Assembly (NCBI GenBank): GCA_026710435.1
Contig: JAPOQZ010000231.1
Location: 12,959-76,958 of the forward strand
Origin: a bacterium
GTDB lineage: Bacteria; Actinomycetota; Acidimicrobiia; Spongiisociales; Spongiisociaceae
Direction of reading: 5' to 3'
Length of the DNA: 64,000 bases
A program made the position numbers and the translations under genes. Below are positions 46,219 to 57,005 of this stretch, in pieces (position 1 is the first letter of the stretch; every line of letters starts with the position of its first letter). Under the pieces are notes generated by a model that did not search any database, had not been told where the DNA came from, and saw nothing but the letters and a program-made list of their open reading frames with translations.

Positions 46219-46679
46219 AGGTGGGCGTGGTGGTCAACGGCGCCAGGCTCGATGTCGACTGCCATCCCTCGACGCTGCTGGTACACCTACTCCGAGAGGA
46301 GTTGGAGTTGACCGGAACCCACGTAGGCTGTGACACCAGCAGTTGCGGCGCGTGCACAGTGATTCTGGACGGGGTCGCGGTCAAGTCCTGCACCGTCCTG
46401 GCCGGTCAAGCCGATGGCAGGGAAATAGAGACGGTGGAAGGGCTCGCGGACCGCGGGCGCCTTTCCCCGGTGCAGCAGGCATTTGCCGATAACTTCGCCC
46501 TGCAATGCGGATTCTGCACGTCCGGATTCCTGATGGCCGCCACCGCCTTCCTGCGGCAGAATCCCGAACCCTCCGAACCGGAGGTTCGCAAAGCCTTGGA
46601 AGGCAACCTGTGCCGGTGCACCGGCTACCAGAACATCGTCGACGCCATCCTGTCAGTCTCGGCGCCGAGCGAGCAATGA
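46215..46679 (+). CDS. (2Fe-2S)-binding small subunit, CoxS-like
   Basis: [12 protein letters not shown] and CGFCTSGF...CRCTGYQNI cysteine clusters. Confidence 0.9.
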   Translation: MKVGVVVNGARLDVDCHPSTLLVHLLREELELTGTHVGCDTSSCGACTVILDGVAVKSCTVLAGQADGREIETVEGLADRGRLSPVQQAFADNFALQCGFCTSGFLMAATAFLRQNPEPSEPEVRKALEGNLCRCTGYQNIVDAILSVSAPSEQ

Positions 46680-48994
46680 TGACCGCCATCGGCTCTCGAC
46701 TGCCCCGCAAGGAGGATCCTCGAATCCTCTCGGGCGGGGGCCGCTACGTCGACGACATCACCGTTCCCCATATGGTCCATGCCTCATTCGTACGAAGCCC
46801 GCTCGCGCACGCCGACATCACTTCGATCGACCTGCGGGAGGCACGGCGGGCGCGAGGCGTGGTCGCCGTCTATTCGGGACCTGAGTCGGCGGGAGGGATG
46901 CCACTCATTCCCAGCGCGGCTGCCGACGATTCGCCGGCGCGGAACCCGCTCACGGGTGATCGCGTCCACTACGCGGGCGAGGCGGTGGCGATGGTGCTGG
47001 CGAGCGATCCGCGGACCGCGGTCAACGCTGCCGAGCGCGTTGATGCCGAATACGAACCCCTCCCCCATATCCTCGATCCATGGGAAGCGCTCTCGCCGGA
47101 CGCCCCGCTGGTACATCCGGAGCGGGGAACCAACAAGATCGGCGAGATACACAAGGTGATCGGAGACCCCGACGGTGCGTTCGCCAGAGCCGGGCATGTG
47201 GTGTCCCGACGGCTCACGGTGCAGCGGATCTCTGCCTCTCCGATGGAACCGCGCGCCATTTTGGCGGTACCCGAGCCTGCCAGCGGTCATCTCACGGTGT
47301 GGCTCTCGTGCCAGGGACCCCATACCCTCCGCACGTGGCTGGCCCACATATTCGAGTTGGACGAGTCCAAACTGCGGATCGTCGCCCCCGATGTCGGCGG
47401 TGGGTTCGGCAGCAAACTCAACCTCTACTCCGACGAGTTGGCGGTCATCTGGGCCGCGCTGGAGTTGGGCGTCCCGGTGAAGTGGGTGGAGACCAGGACC
47501 GAGAACTTCACTTCCGGCGTCCATGCCAGGGACCAGATCCACAACGCGGAGTTGGCTCTCGACACCCAAGGCAAGATCCTCGCTCTCCGAAGCCACTTCG
47601 TCGGGGATCTCGGCGCCTACTTCCACTTCTTCACACCCGTCGTCCCCGACCTGACGATCGACACCCTCACCGGCAACTACGACATACCGAGCGTCGACAT
47701 CAGGCTGGAGAAGGTGTTCACGAACAAGATGTCGATCGAAGCGTTACGCGGTTCGGGACGGGCCGAGGCGACCTTCGTGCTTGAGCGAATGATCGACGAG
47801 GCAGCCCGCGAACTCGACATGGACCCGGTCGAGATACGGCTCCGCAATCTGGTCTCCCCCGACCGGTTGCCCTACCAGACCCCGTTCGGCCTCACCTACA
47901 CCGGCGGCGACTACCCCGCCCTGTTGAGGAGAGCGGTCGAACTGGTCGATTACGAGTCGGTGCGGGCTAGTCAGGCGGAAGCGCGGAAGTCAGGTCGCTA
48001 CATCGGAGTCGGTTTCGCCACCTACAACCTGCTGTGCGGTTTCTCGCCCTCGGGCCACGACTGGAACCCGATGAAGTTCTTCCCCGGTCATGAGTCGACT
48101 CTGATCCGGGTGGACCCGCAGGGCAAGGCGGTCGCCTATTCGGGCCTGTCCCCGCAGGGGCAGGGATCCGACACGATCGTCGCCCAGATCGTCTCTGACC
48201 AGTTGCAGATCCCCTTCGACCACATCACGGTTGTGCACGGCGACACCGAGACCATCCCGTTCGGGGGTGGCACGCACGGCAGCCGCGGCGCAGTCGTCGG
48301 TGGCCATGCCGCGCTGGTGGCGGCCGAACGCGTCGTCGAGAAGGCGCGCCAGGTGGCGGGCGCCATGCTCGAGGCGGCTCTGGAGGACATCGTGTACGCA
48401 GACGGGGTCTTCACGGTGGCTGGAAGCCCGGAGTCCAAGGTCTCGTGGCAGGAGGTAGCCGAGGAAGCGCACTTCCTCAAGCGCTGTGGGCCGATGTTCG
48501 AACCGGGGCTCGAAGCCACGGCCTTCTACGATCCGCCCGATGTCAACTTCGCCTTCGGCGCCAACGCGGCAGTGGTGGAGGTGGACACGGAAACCGGAAG
48601 AGTCAAGATCCTCGATTTCGTATCGGTGGACGACTATGGCGTCGGGATCAACCCGGGCATCGTAGAAGGCCAGATCCATGGTGGGATCGCCCAGGGAATA
48701 GGGCAGGCTCTCTACGAACAGGTCAGCCATGACGAGTCCGGTCAGGTGCGGTCGGCCAGCTTCGCCGCCTACCTCCTCCCCTCCACGGTGGAGATGCCCA
48801 GGCTGATCCTCGACAACATCGTGACGCCCTCGGACACGCCTCTCGGCGTGCGCGGGGTGGGCGAGTCAGGAACGCTTGCGTCGCCGCCTGCAATCGCGAA
48901 CGCGGTGGCCGACGCACTAACTCCGTTCGGCGTACGCGTCGAACGGACCCCGCTCAGGCCCGACGTGGTGTGGGAACTGATACACCCTGAGTGA
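46676..48994 (+). CDS. molybdopterin-binding large subunit of a xanthine dehydrogenase-family hydroxylase
   Basis: The ATG overlaps the upstream stop. N-terminal [17 protein letters not shown]. The active-site-loop region reads [12 protein letters not shown], not the AYRCSFR of form-I CO dehydrogenase. Confidence 0.9.
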   Translation: MMTAIGSRLPRKEDPRILSGGGRYVDDITVPHMVHASFVRSPLAHADITSIDLREARRARGVVAVYSGPESAGGMPLIPSAAADDSPARNPLTGDRVHYAGEAVAMVLASDPRTAVNAAERVDAEYEPLPHILDPWEALSPDAPLVHPERGTNKIGEIHKVIGDPDGAFARAGHVVSRRLTVQRISASPMEPRAILAVPEPASGHLTVWLSCQGPHTLRTWLAHIFELDESKLRIVAPDVGGGFGSKLNLYSDELAVIWAALELGVPVKWVETRTENFTSGVHARDQIHNAELALDTQGKILALRSHFVGDLGAYFHFFTPVVPDLTIDTLTGNYDIPSVDIRLEKVFTNKMSIEALRGSGRAEATFVLERMIDEAARELDMDPVEIRLRNLVSPDRLPYQTPFGLTYTGGDYPALLRRAVELVDYESVRASQAEARKSGRYIGVGFATYNLLCGFSPSGHDWNPMKFFPGHESTLIRVDPQGKAVAYSGLSPQGQGSDTIVAQIVSDQLQIPFDHITVVHGDTETIPFGGGTHGSRGAVVGGHAALVAAERVVEKARQVAGAMLEAALEDIVYADGVFTVAGSPESKVSWQEVAEEAHFLKRCGPMFEPGLEATAFYDPPDVNFAFGANAAVVEVDTETGRVKILDFVSVDDYGVGINPGIVEGQIHGGIAQGIGQALYEQVSHDESGQVRSASFAAYLLPSTVEMPRLILDNIVTPSDTPLGVRGVGESGTLASPPAIANAVADALTPFGVRVERTPLRPDVVWELIHPE

Positions 48995-49094
48995 TTTCGG
49001 AACCGCCACCGCTACGGCCAGCCGGATCGAGCCGCCGATCCCACCGCAACCGGATCGACACGCTCTATGCACGCCGCCGTGAGGAGGAAGCAAC

Positions 49095-50441
49095 ATGCGA
49101 GATCCTTCAGATGAGCGAGACCTGACACGGAGTCGGGCCGTCGCCGCCCGCGACGAGGCGGTCATCACGCCGTCGATGAAGTACCGGCTGTATCCCTTCG
49201 TGGTTGCCAGGTCGGACGGTGTCCGCATGTGGGACAAGGACGGCAACGAGTACCTCGATTGGATGGCTACCGGGGGAACAGCCGCAACCGGTTACGGTCA
49301 CCCGAAGGTGCGCCAAGCGGCTATGGACGCTATCAACAACGAGTTCAGCGGTCCGCTCGTCTGCTACATCCACGAGCCCGCCGTCGAACTGGCTGAGCGG
49401 CTGATCGATGTCTTCCCGGGGGAGTTCACCAAGAAGGCATGGTTCGGTGTTTCCGGTTCCGACGCCATGGACGTGCTCGCCAAGGTGGCGCCCATCGCCT
49501 CGGGAAGACCGCGCCTCGTGTCCTACATCGGAGCGTTCCACGGCATGACGATCGGCTCCGGTGCCATCTCGGGCCACGGAGCCCTTACTCGGCCAATACC
49601 CGGCGGTCACATCACAAAGGCGCCCTATCCCAACCCTTACCGGTGCGCCTGGGGTCCGTGCGACAAGAACGAGTGCTCCCTCAGATGTCTCGACTACCTC
49701 AAGAACGACCTGCTGGTCAATGTTTCTCCTTCCGACGAAACCGCCGCCATCTTCGCCGAGAGTATCCAGTCGGACAGTGGCGAGATCGTTCCACCGGACA
49801 ACTACTTCCCTGCCCTCCGAGAGCTATGCGACGAGCGGGGAATCTGGTTGATTTTCGACGAGGTCAAGGTCGGACTCGGCCGGACAGGACGCATGTTCGG
49901 TTTCCAGCACTTCGGAATCGAAGCGGACGCCATCGGACTTGCCAAACCCTTGGGAGGCGGTTTTCCGCTGTCAGCGGTGGTGGGCCGGCAGGAGATCCTC
50001 GATGTAGACCTCTATACGGCCTACACGCTGGGTGGCTCGCCGCTCAGTTGCTCCGCTGCCGTGGCGGTACTCGACGTGATCGAGGAGGAGGGGCTCGTCC
50101 GCAACGCCGACGAGATGGGAACCTACCTGCGCGACAAGCTAAACGAGATGAGAGCCGACCACCCGCTCATCGGCGATGTGCGCGGCAAGGGTCTCCTCAT
50201 CGGAGTCGAGCTGGTGAAGGACCAACAGACCCGGGAGCCGGCTGAAACGGATGCTTACCGGCTCGCCTACCGCTGCTTCGAACTCGGCCTGATACTGCTG
50301 GCGTTCGGCAACGTGATGGAGATCACCCCGCCGCTGACCATTACCCGGAAGGACGCCGACCAAGCGCTTGGTATCTTCGACCGCGCCCTTGCCGACGTCG
50401 AGGCAGGTCGATTCGATGACACCAAGCTACCCAGCCTCTAG
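49095..50441 (+). CDS. class-III (omega) aminotransferase
   Basis: GAGGAGGAAG RBS. IFDEVKVGLGRTGRMFG is the PLP-lysine region. The stop TAG (50439-50441) lies inside the left end of repeat copy D. Confidence 0.9.
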   Translation: MRDPSDERDLTRSRAVAARDEAVITPSMKYRLYPFVVARSDGVRMWDKDGNEYLDWMATGGTAATGYGHPKVRQAAMDAINNEFSGPLVCYIHEPAVELAERLIDVFPGEFTKKAWFGVSGSDAMDVLAKVAPIASGRPRLVSYIGAFHGMTIGSGAISGHGALTRPIPGGHITKAPYPNPYRCAWGPCDKNECSLRCLDYLKNDLLVNVSPSDETAAIFAESIQSDSGEIVPPDNYFPALRELCDERGIWLIFDEVKVGLGRTGRMFGFQHFGIEADAIGLAKPLGGGFPLSAVVGRQEILDVDLYTAYTLGGSPLSCSAAVAVLDVIEEEGLVRNADEMGTYLRDKLNEMRADHPLIGDVRGKGLLIGVELVKDQQTREPAETDAYRLAYRCFELGLILLAFGNVMEITPPLTITRKDADQALGIFDRALADVEAGRFDDTKLPSL

Positions 50442-50549
50442 GAGAGGCTGAGAGACCCCCGTTGGCCCGACGGCCGATGGGAAACTGCCTGTCCAGCGGA
50501 CGACGGGACAACCGCTACCGCCAATCGTCATTGTTCAGCACCCTTCTAG
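50438..50549 (+). repeat. nested-palindrome intergenic repeat, diverged copy D (112 bp)
   Basis: Left end CTAGGAGAGGCTGAGAG and right end CAATCGTCATTGTTCAGCACCCTTCTAG. The interior is diverged or rearranged. Confidence 0.6.
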
Positions 50550-50845
50550 CGAGCCGTGATGGCCGGTTCGGGGGCCAAGAAGCGGCCCAACCCCGCCACC
50601 GAGGAATGTGCTCCCGACGCTGACAGATGATGTGCCCTGGAACCCGGGTCAGACCACCCACGAGACCGAGGGGCCGGGACCGGCGACCGTGTACATCGGC
50701 CAGTCGACGGGGCGAGCCAACAATCGCCTTCCGATTCCAACTGGAGGAGAGGCCTACAGCACTTCCTCCAGACCTGGATCGGAAGACTCACCACGGGCAC
50801 TCCCGTGGCCCGTGAGTCCGATAGACGCCAACATTCCTGAGGAGC

Positions 50846-51685
50846 TCAATGACCCGACGGTGGCACGTAGCCTTCGAGAGGCTGGACGAGGATGCCGCCG
50901 TCAACGACGAGGAAGGCGCCGGTGACGAAGGCTGCCATGTCGGAGGCGAGGAACAGCACTGCCCTCGCCACGTCGTCCGGATCGCAGAGACGGCGGAGCG
51001 GGGTTCTCTCCTTGATACCGTCCCACTGAGCCTCCACGTCGATTCCCTCCGGCGCGCCAGCCGTGACCAGGGCGATGGCACCCTCGGTCATGGCCGCACC
51101 GGGGCAGACGGCATTGACCCGTATGCCATGGGCGGCGAGTTCTACCGCCATCGACTTGGTCATCCCTCCGATGGCGTGTTTCGACGTGGTGTAGTGCGCG
51201 AGACCTTCGGCGGAGGTGTTGAAGGCGTCGACCGAGGCGATGTTCACGATGGAACCGCCGTGGCCGTCGGCCATCATGCCCTGGGTGACCGCCTGGGACA
51301 TCTGGAAGGTGCCGACCACGTTGACCGAGACCGTGTCGGCGAACTCCTGCGGTGGCATGTTCGCGAAGTAGTAGTTGGAGTAGATGCCGGCGTTGTTGAC
51401 CAGCACGTCCACCCGGCCTGTTCGCTCCGTCGCGGCATCGACCAGCGCCTGCACCTTGTCCCTGTCAGCGATGTCGACGCTCTGCGCGATAGCGTCGCAT
51501 CCGTGACTTCTCAACCGCTCGGCGGACTTCTCGGCGCCCTCAACGTTGCGGTCAGCTACGAAGACTGTCGCGCCCGCTTCACCGAGGCGGCGTGATATGG
51601 CAGCACCGAAACCTTGGGCTGCGCCCGTCACGATGGCGCACTTACCCTCGAGGCTCAGTAACTCGCTGATACCAGGCAGTGCCAT
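50846..51685 (-). CDS. SDR family oxidoreductase
   Basis: The ATG at 51685 has a GGAGGAAG RBS. VTGAAQGFGAAI and YTTSKHA catalytic motifs. Confidence 0.85.
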   Translation of the reverse strand: MALPGISELLSLEGKCAIVTGAAQGFGAAISRRLGEAGATVFVADRNVEGAEKSAERLRSHGCDAIAQSVDIADRDKVQALVDAATERTGRVDVLVNNAGIYSNYYFANMPPQEFADTVSVNVVGTFQMSQAVTQGMMADGHGGSIVNIASVDAFNTSAEGLAHYTTSKHAIGGMTKSMAVELAAHGIRVNAVCPGAAMTEGAIALVTAGAPEGIDVEAQWDGIKERTPLRRLCDPDDVARAVLFLASDMAAFVTGAFLVVDGGILVQPLEGYVPPSGH

Positions 51686-51940
51686 GTCTCTTCCTCCGGT
51701 CGTCCATTCCCCGCTGCCGTTCGATCTTACCGCCGGGACAGCCGACACCTGACCGGCGTAGCGGGCGATGTCGAATGGATCCCGAGGTCGGCAAGCGATC
51801 AACCTCGTCCCGGCCTGCCCGGGGCCCGGCACATACGCGTAGAGATCGGCTGCGACCAACGATCACGCAGCCGGAGCAAGCTCGCAACGTGACCACGCAC
51901 GGAGCGGCAGCAGTGATCCGGCTAACCAGCACGACGGAGA

Positions 51941-52540
51941 TCAGGCCACCGATCCTCCGAGGGGACTGACATCGAATTCCTGACCGGCGTCGAGGATGAC
52001 CTCGAAGAGGTACTGGCCGTAAGACCGGTCGCAGGAGATCAGGTAGGAGGGGGTGCCCTCCTCGTCATTGCGGACTATGTCGCAGGTCACGTGGGCTACC
52101 GATCCGGATACGGCGGCACCATCGGGCGTCATGCGATCGTGCCAGTCGAGGCTGCATAGCTTCTCCAGCACCGAAGCCGCGCAAGCTCCGGTCAACCGGA
52201 ACAGCGCCCGGCTGTGGGTGCCGTCGATGACGCTGACGTGGCCGGACCGGTCCAGTCCGTCGACCACGGCTCGGCTCGCATCCGCCGGACCCAGGAGGGT
52301 CCACTCGTCAGGCCGCTGTCCGGCGATCAGCACGCCGTTCTCGGTCCGGCTGGTGCCGAAGCGGACGGACATCTGGTGACAGGCATTCGTTCCGGGTGCT
52401 GCCCTGACGATGGTCTTGGTGATGGAAGACAAATCTCGGAGGGTCAGCGGGGCATCCGGTCCGGCAGGCTGCATCGGGATGCCGGCATAGGACACGAAGC
52501 TGGTGCGCACCGGACTCTCGAAGGCGGCGAGTTCAGCCAC
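51941..52540 (-). CDS. soxG: heterotetrameric sarcosine oxidase gamma-subunit family protein (or N-methylglutamate dehydrogenase subunit)
   Basis: Its size, its position as the last gene after the alpha subunit, and its 8-nt overlap with alpha all fit. Confidence 0.7.
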   Translation of the reverse strand: MAELAAFESPVRTSFVSYAGIPMQPAGPDAPLTLRDLSSITKTIVRAAPGTNACHQMSVRFGTSRTENGVLIAGQRPDEWTLLGPADASRAVVDGLDRSGHVSVIDGTHSRALFRLTGACAASVLEKLCSLDWHDRMTPDGAAVSGSVAHVTCDIVRNDEEGTPSYLISCDRSYGQYLFEVILDAGQEFDVSPLGGSVA

Positions 52541-55376
52541 GGACCCTCTCCCCCTCCGGATCGAAGTGGGCGTGGTGCTCGATCACCCGAGCTGTTATGC
52601 GGCGGCCGTCGATCATGAGGACGGTCAGTTCCGAGCCCGGACCCGAAGCCTCCGGAAGCACGTGGCCGAGGCAGACGGAGCGGCCGAGGGTCGGGGACAT
52701 GCGTGAGGACGTGATCCGGCCGATGATCTCGCCGGTTCCGGGCCGCACGATCTGGCTGGCCTCGGGGGGAACGATCCGCGGGTCGGTCGGCTGGATGGCC
52801 ACGAGGACCGGCGCCGACGTGTCTCCGAGGGCCCAGGCCAACTCCGGCTTGCCGGCGAAGTCACTCTTGTCCAGCTTCACGAGGTGTGACAGACCGACCG
52901 CAGGCAGCTTCGTGAGGCCGTCGGTGTCCTGGCCTACGATGAAGTGACCCTTCTCGAGCCGCATGATGCGCTGGCCCTCCACCCCGAACGGCCTGATCCC
53001 GAGATCCTCGCCGGCTTCCAGCAGCGCCTCCCACACGTGAAGGCCGTATCCGGCCGGTACGTGGAGTTCGTAGGAGAGCTCCCCGGTGAATCCGATGCGC
53101 CACATGAAGCAGTCCCGGATACCGGCAACCGTCCCGGTGCGCACCTGCATGTACTTGAAGGACTCCGGGTCGAGGTCCACGTCCTCCACCAGCCGGCGCA
53201 TGAGGGTCCGTGACTTGGGGCCGGCCACGTTGATGCTAGTGAATCCCGACGTGACCGGCGTGACGTGCACCTGCCAGTCGGGATGCTCAGTCTGGAGCCA
53301 GTTCTCGGCCCACTCCCACACGGTCGCGGCGCCCGAACTGGTGGTGGTCATCATGTAGTGCTGGTCACCGAGCCGCCCGGTGACCCCGTCGTCGAAGACC
53401 ACCCCGTCCTCTGCGCACATGATGCCGTACCGCACCGAGCCGACCGCCAGCTTCATCCACTTGTTGGTGTAGAGATGGCTGAGCAGCTTCGGCACGTCGG
53501 GGCCCCGCAGGTCGAGCTTGCCAAGGGGGGTGACATCCATGATGCCGACGTTCTGCCGGGTGTTGAGCACCTCGCCGGCCGGGTCACCGTAGTGGTCGGG
53601 CCGGACCCATTGGCCGGCCAGCATGAACGTGGCTCCGTTGGCCTCGTGCCAGGACTGCACCGACGAGACCCGTACCGGCTCGAACAAACGCCCTCCCAGC
53701 GCCCCCATGGTGATCGGCGCGTAGGGAGGCCGCCAGGTGGTGGTTCCGACCTCGCCGATCGTCTGGCCCCGGGCCTCGGCCAGCACGGCGACGGTGTTGA
53801 CGGTTTCCAGCTTGCCCTGGCTCGGGCCCATCGTTGCGGTGGTGTACCGCTTCAGCAGTTCGACCGAGTCGTATCCCTCGTCCGCCGCTCCCACCATGTC
53901 CTTCGAACTCACATCCTCGGAGAAGTCGACGACTCCGTGCGTGCTCGACCGGAAGAGGGGAGGATGGGAGTAGCGGGGGAGCGACGGCCGGGTATCCGCC
54001 GGCCATGCGGGCTTGTCGCCCTTCGGTGGCCGCGCCCGCGTCGTGGCAGCCTGCAGGGAGTAGGCCACCGACCGAGCCCGGGCCGCGGCGAGCCGTCCCG
54101 TCGCCCGGGCGTGCTCGATGAGTTGTTCGTGATTTCCGTCGCCGACCAGGCCGCCGGTGGCTAGCACGTTCCCGATCGACGCCGACGGGAAGAAGCGAGC
54201 GGCCGCAGCGTCGTACACGGGTCGGTCGCCGGACATGTTCAGCAGGGATGTGGGGGCGGTCCAGCCGGTGGCAGTGACCAGCAGGTCGCATGCAAGCTTG
54301 CCGCCGCCCGGCAGTTCCACACCCTTGACCGACTTCGCTCCCCCCAGGGCGCGCACGATGCTCCCGCCCCGCCGGGCATCGAGAACCGTCACCTCCGCTC
54401 CGGCCCGCTCCAGGTCGGCGGCGGCCGCGGCGCCGTCGGGGGTGGCCGTGAACACCACCGCTCGGGTTCCCGGCCTCACCGCGTACAGGTTCACGAACCT
54501 TCGCACCGCACCTGAGAGCATCACACCCGGCTTGTCGTTGCCGGCGAACACGTAGGGACGTTCGATCAGCCCCGGCGCGGCTACCAGGACCTTGGCCCGG
54601 GCCTTCACAAGCCGCTCGACCGCGACCGGGTGGTTGCGCTGGACGATGGCGATCCAGTTGTCCTTGTAGCGGCCGGTTACGGTCGAGTCGGTGAGGACCT
54701 CCACCCCGGCGGCTGCGACGCCTGCGGCCAGTTCCGCAGCCAGCGCCCGGTCGGGGCCGTCCCCCCAGAGCAGGTGGCCGCCCAGGCGGTGGCCATGCTC
54801 CGCCAGCAGGACCCGCGCACCGGCCTCGGCAGCGGCGATGGCGGCGGCCATCCCGGCCGGACCTCCGCCGGCTACCACCACGTCGGGGTGGGCGTAGCGC
54901 TTGTCGTGGTACTGGAGGGGGGTATCGGGATCGATCCTCCCTCCTGGCGAGAAGGTGGACAGCACCTTCTCGTAGGTCGGCCATAGCCACCTCGGTCGCA
55001 TGAAGGTCTTGTAGTAGAAACCGGCGGTCAGGAACCGGGACGCCAGCCGGGTGACAGCTCTCAGGTCACGATCCAGCGAGGGCCAGACGTTCTGGGCCTC
55101 GACCGCCATGCCATGGCTGATCAGGATGTGCGCCGAGCGGACGTTGGGATCGTCGCCCACCTGAACCAAACCGTTGGGATCCCAGTAGTCGTTGCTCATG
55201 TAGCCGCGAGGCCGGCGGTACTTCATCGACCGGGACACCACCCGGACTCCTGCCGCGGTCAGCGCCGAGGCGATCGTGTCGCCCTCGAAGCCGGACACCA
55301 CCCGTCCGTTCCAGGTGAACTCGACGGGACGGGACCGGTCGATCACCTCGCCCGGCTGCGGAGGGAGGCGGATCAT
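52533..55376 (-). CDS. soxA: sarcosine oxidase alpha-subunit family protein (aminomethyltransferase/folate-binding C-terminus)
   Basis: N-terminal FTWNGRVVSGFEGDTIASAL, VVVAGGGPAGMAAAIAAAEAG, and a C-terminal GcvT-like domain. I chose the ATG at 55376; it overlaps the soxD stop. Confidence 0.9.
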   Translation of the reverse strand: MIRLPPQPGEVIDRSRPVEFTWNGRVVSGFEGDTIASALTAAGVRVVSRSMKYRRPRGYMSNDYWDPNGLVQVGDDPNVRSAHILISHGMAVEAQNVWPSLDRDLRAVTRLASRFLTAGFYYKTFMRPRWLWPTYEKVLSTFSPGGRIDPDTPLQYHDKRYAHPDVVVAGGGPAGMAAAIAAAEAGARVLLAEHGHRLGGHLLWGDGPDRALAAELAAGVAAAGVEVLTDSTVTGRYKDNWIAIVQRNHPVAVERLVKARAKVLVAAPGLIERPYVFAGNDKPGVMLSGAVRRFVNLYAVRPGTRAVVFTATPDGAAAAADLERAGAEVTVLDARRGGSIVRALGGAKSVKGVELPGGGKLACDLLVTATGWTAPTSLLNMSGDRPVYDAAAARFFPSASIGNVLATGGLVGDGNHEQLIEHARATGRLAAARARSVAYSLQAATTRARPPKGDKPAWPADTRPSLPRYSHPPLFRSSTHGVVDFSEDVSSKDMVGAADEGYDSVELLKRYTTATMGPSQGKLETVNTVAVLAEARGQTIGEVGTTTWRPPYAPITMGALGGRLFEPVRVSSVQSWHEANGATFMLAGQWVRPDHYGDPAGEVLNTRQNVGIMDVTPLGKLDLRGPDVPKLLSHLYTNKWMKLAVGSVRYGIMCAEDGVVFDDGVTGRLGDQHYMMTTTSSGAATVWEWAENWLQTEHPDWQVHVTPVTSGFTSINVAGPKSRTLMRRLVEDVDLDPESFKYMQVRTGTVAGIRDCFMWRIGFTGELSYELHVPAGYGLHVWEALLEAGEDLGIRPFGVEGQRIMRLEKGHFIVGQDTDGLTKLPAVGLSHLVKLDKSDFAGKPELAWALGDTSAPVLVAIQPTDPRIVPPEASQIVRPGTGEIIGRITSSRMSPTLGRSVCLGHVLPEASGPGSELTVLMIDGRRITARVIEHHAHFDPEGERVRG

Positions 55377-55645
55377 GGCCTCCTTCCCCTCTTGGTGACC
55401 GGCAGCGGGGGGTTGCTGAACTCGTTGGTCACGGTGTCGCGCTCCAGTGCGAAGTAGCGGCGGCATCCGGAGCGGCAGTACCAGGTCTCTCGGAGCATCC
55501 CGGCCGGGTTGGCTCTCTCGTACAGGTAGGCGCGCCACTCGGCGGGCGTGGCCGAGTTGGGATCGGGCCTGGGTCGGGACTCACCGACATACCGAAGGTC
55601 GGCAGAGTTGCGGGGACCGCAGTTGGGACAGGGGACGATCAGCAT
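55373..55645 (-). CDS. soxD: sarcosine oxidase delta-subunit family protein
   Basis: MLIVPCPNCGPRN...WYCRSGCRRYF is the Zn-ribbon-like delta subunit signature. Confidence 0.85.
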   Translation of the reverse strand: MLIVPCPNCGPRNSADLRYVGESRPRPDPNSATPAEWRAYLYERANPAGMLRETWYCRSGCRRYFALERDTVTNEFSNPPLPVTKRGRRP

Positions 55646-55715
55646 GCCGTGTGCCTGTCGATTGCCATCGCCGGCAAGCAGGACACGAGTAGTTGTTTCA
55701 CAGGCAGACCACCCA

Positions 55716-57005
55716 CTAGTGGCCGACCGCCGCGGCGCCCTTTTCCCCTACGAGGGCGTCTCTGCGGAACCGGGACAGCGCGAACGGGGCGATCAGGTCG
55801 GGGGTCCTCTGCGTGGCTATGGCCTCGGCCATCTGCTCGCCCGACACCGGCCCGGCCTTGAAACCGTAGGTGCCCCATCCGACGTCGCACAGGAATCCTT
55901 CCACGGGGGTGAACCCCATCACGGGCGAGTAGTCGGGGGTCATGTCGCAAAGGCCGGCCCACTGTCGCAGCAGCCGCATGCGCGAGATGCCGGGCATGAG
56001 TTCCAGCAGGTGTCCTGCCGTCTGCTCGGTGAAGTCGAGGGATCCGCGCATGCTGTAGGTGTTGTAGGGGTCGACGGACGCGCCGAACACCAACTCGCCC
56101 CGGGAGGTCTGGCTCACATAGACGTGAAGCGTCCCTGACACGACCACGACAGGCAGGAACACCTTGACCGGTTCGGTAACCGCCGCTTGGAGGGGGCGGG
56201 TGGTGATGGGCAGGTTGACGCCTGCCATGTCGGAGATCAGCGTCGCCCATCCCGCGGTGCAGTTCACGACTACGGGCGCCGAGATACAGCCGCGGTTGGT
56301 GCGAACCCCGGTGACCCTGCCTCCGGGTCCTTTCCCGCCTGGGCCGTCGCCGCCCGTGACCATGATGTCGAGAACCTCGGTCTTCTGGTGCATCTCGACG
56401 CCCAGGTGGTCGGCCCCCCTCGCGTATCCCCATACGACTGCGTCGTGGCGGATGATGCCTCCCGGCGGGTGGTACAGAGCGCCCAGTATCGGGTAACGGG
56501 GGTGGCTGGAAGTATCGAGAGCCGGCGCCAGCCTCTTGATCTCTGCCGGCCCGATCACACTCGAGTTGACGCCCTGGAGCTTGTTGACCTCGGCCCTCCA
56601 ATGCATGGTCCGGAGCGAGGCGTCGCTGTGCGCCAGGGTTATGTGCCCGCGCTGGGAGAACATGACGTTCATGTTGAGGTCGGTGGCCAGCCTCTTGTAG
56701 AGATCCAGGGAACGGTCGTAGAAGACGACGCCCTCCGGCGTGAGGTAGTTGGATCGCAGGATGGCGGTGTTCCGTCCGGAGCCCCCGCTTCCCAGATAGG
56801 ACTTTTCGAGCACCGCTACGTTGGTTATGCCGTGGTTGGTAGCCAGGTAGTAGGCTACGGACAGCCCGTGGACGCCGCCGCCGACGACCACGACGTCGTA
56901 GCTGCTCCGGAGCGGGACATCCCGCCATACGCGTGGCCAACTCCTGCTGCGAGCACCCCTCGCCAGCAGTCCGGCGGCGGAATATCGGGGGGAAAGTCTC
57001 TTCAT
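55716..57005 (-). CDS. soxB: sarcosine oxidase beta-subunit family FAD oxidoreductase
   Basis: RYSAAGLL...YDVVVVGGGVHGLSVAYYLATNHGITNVAVLEK and the C-terminal EKGAAAVGH match SoxB. I chose the ATG at 57005 inside ORF 55716..57095. Confidence 0.9.
   Translation of the reverse strand: MKRLSPRYSAAGLLARGARSRSWPRVWRDVPLRSSYDVVVVGGGVHGLSVAYYLATNHGITNVAVLEKSYLGSGGSGRNTAILRSNYLTPEGVVFYDRSLDLYKRLATDLNMNVMFSQRGHITLAHSDASLRTMHWRAEVNKLQGVNSSVIGPAEIKRLAPALDTSSHPRYPILGALYHPPGGIIRHDAVVWGYARGADHLGVEMHQKTEVLDIMVTGGDGPGGKGPGGRVTGVRTNRGCISAPVVVNCTAGWATLISDMAGVNLPITTRPLQAAVTEPVKVFLPVVVVSGTLHVYVSQTSRGELVFGASVDPYNTYSMRGSLDFTEQTAGHLLELMPGISRMRLLRQWAGLCDMTPDYSPVMGFTPVEGFLCDVGWGTYGFKAGPVSGEQMAEAIATQRTPDLIAPFALSRFRRDALVGEKGAAAVGH

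Noticed and set aside
45358-48994. The CoxM-CoxS-CoxL gene order suggested an aerobic CO dehydrogenase.
   Set aside because: The large subunit has [12 protein letters not shown] where form-I CODH has the AYRCSFR active-site loop. No coxDEFG accessory genes follow. I called it a generic xanthine-dehydrogenase-family hydroxylase.
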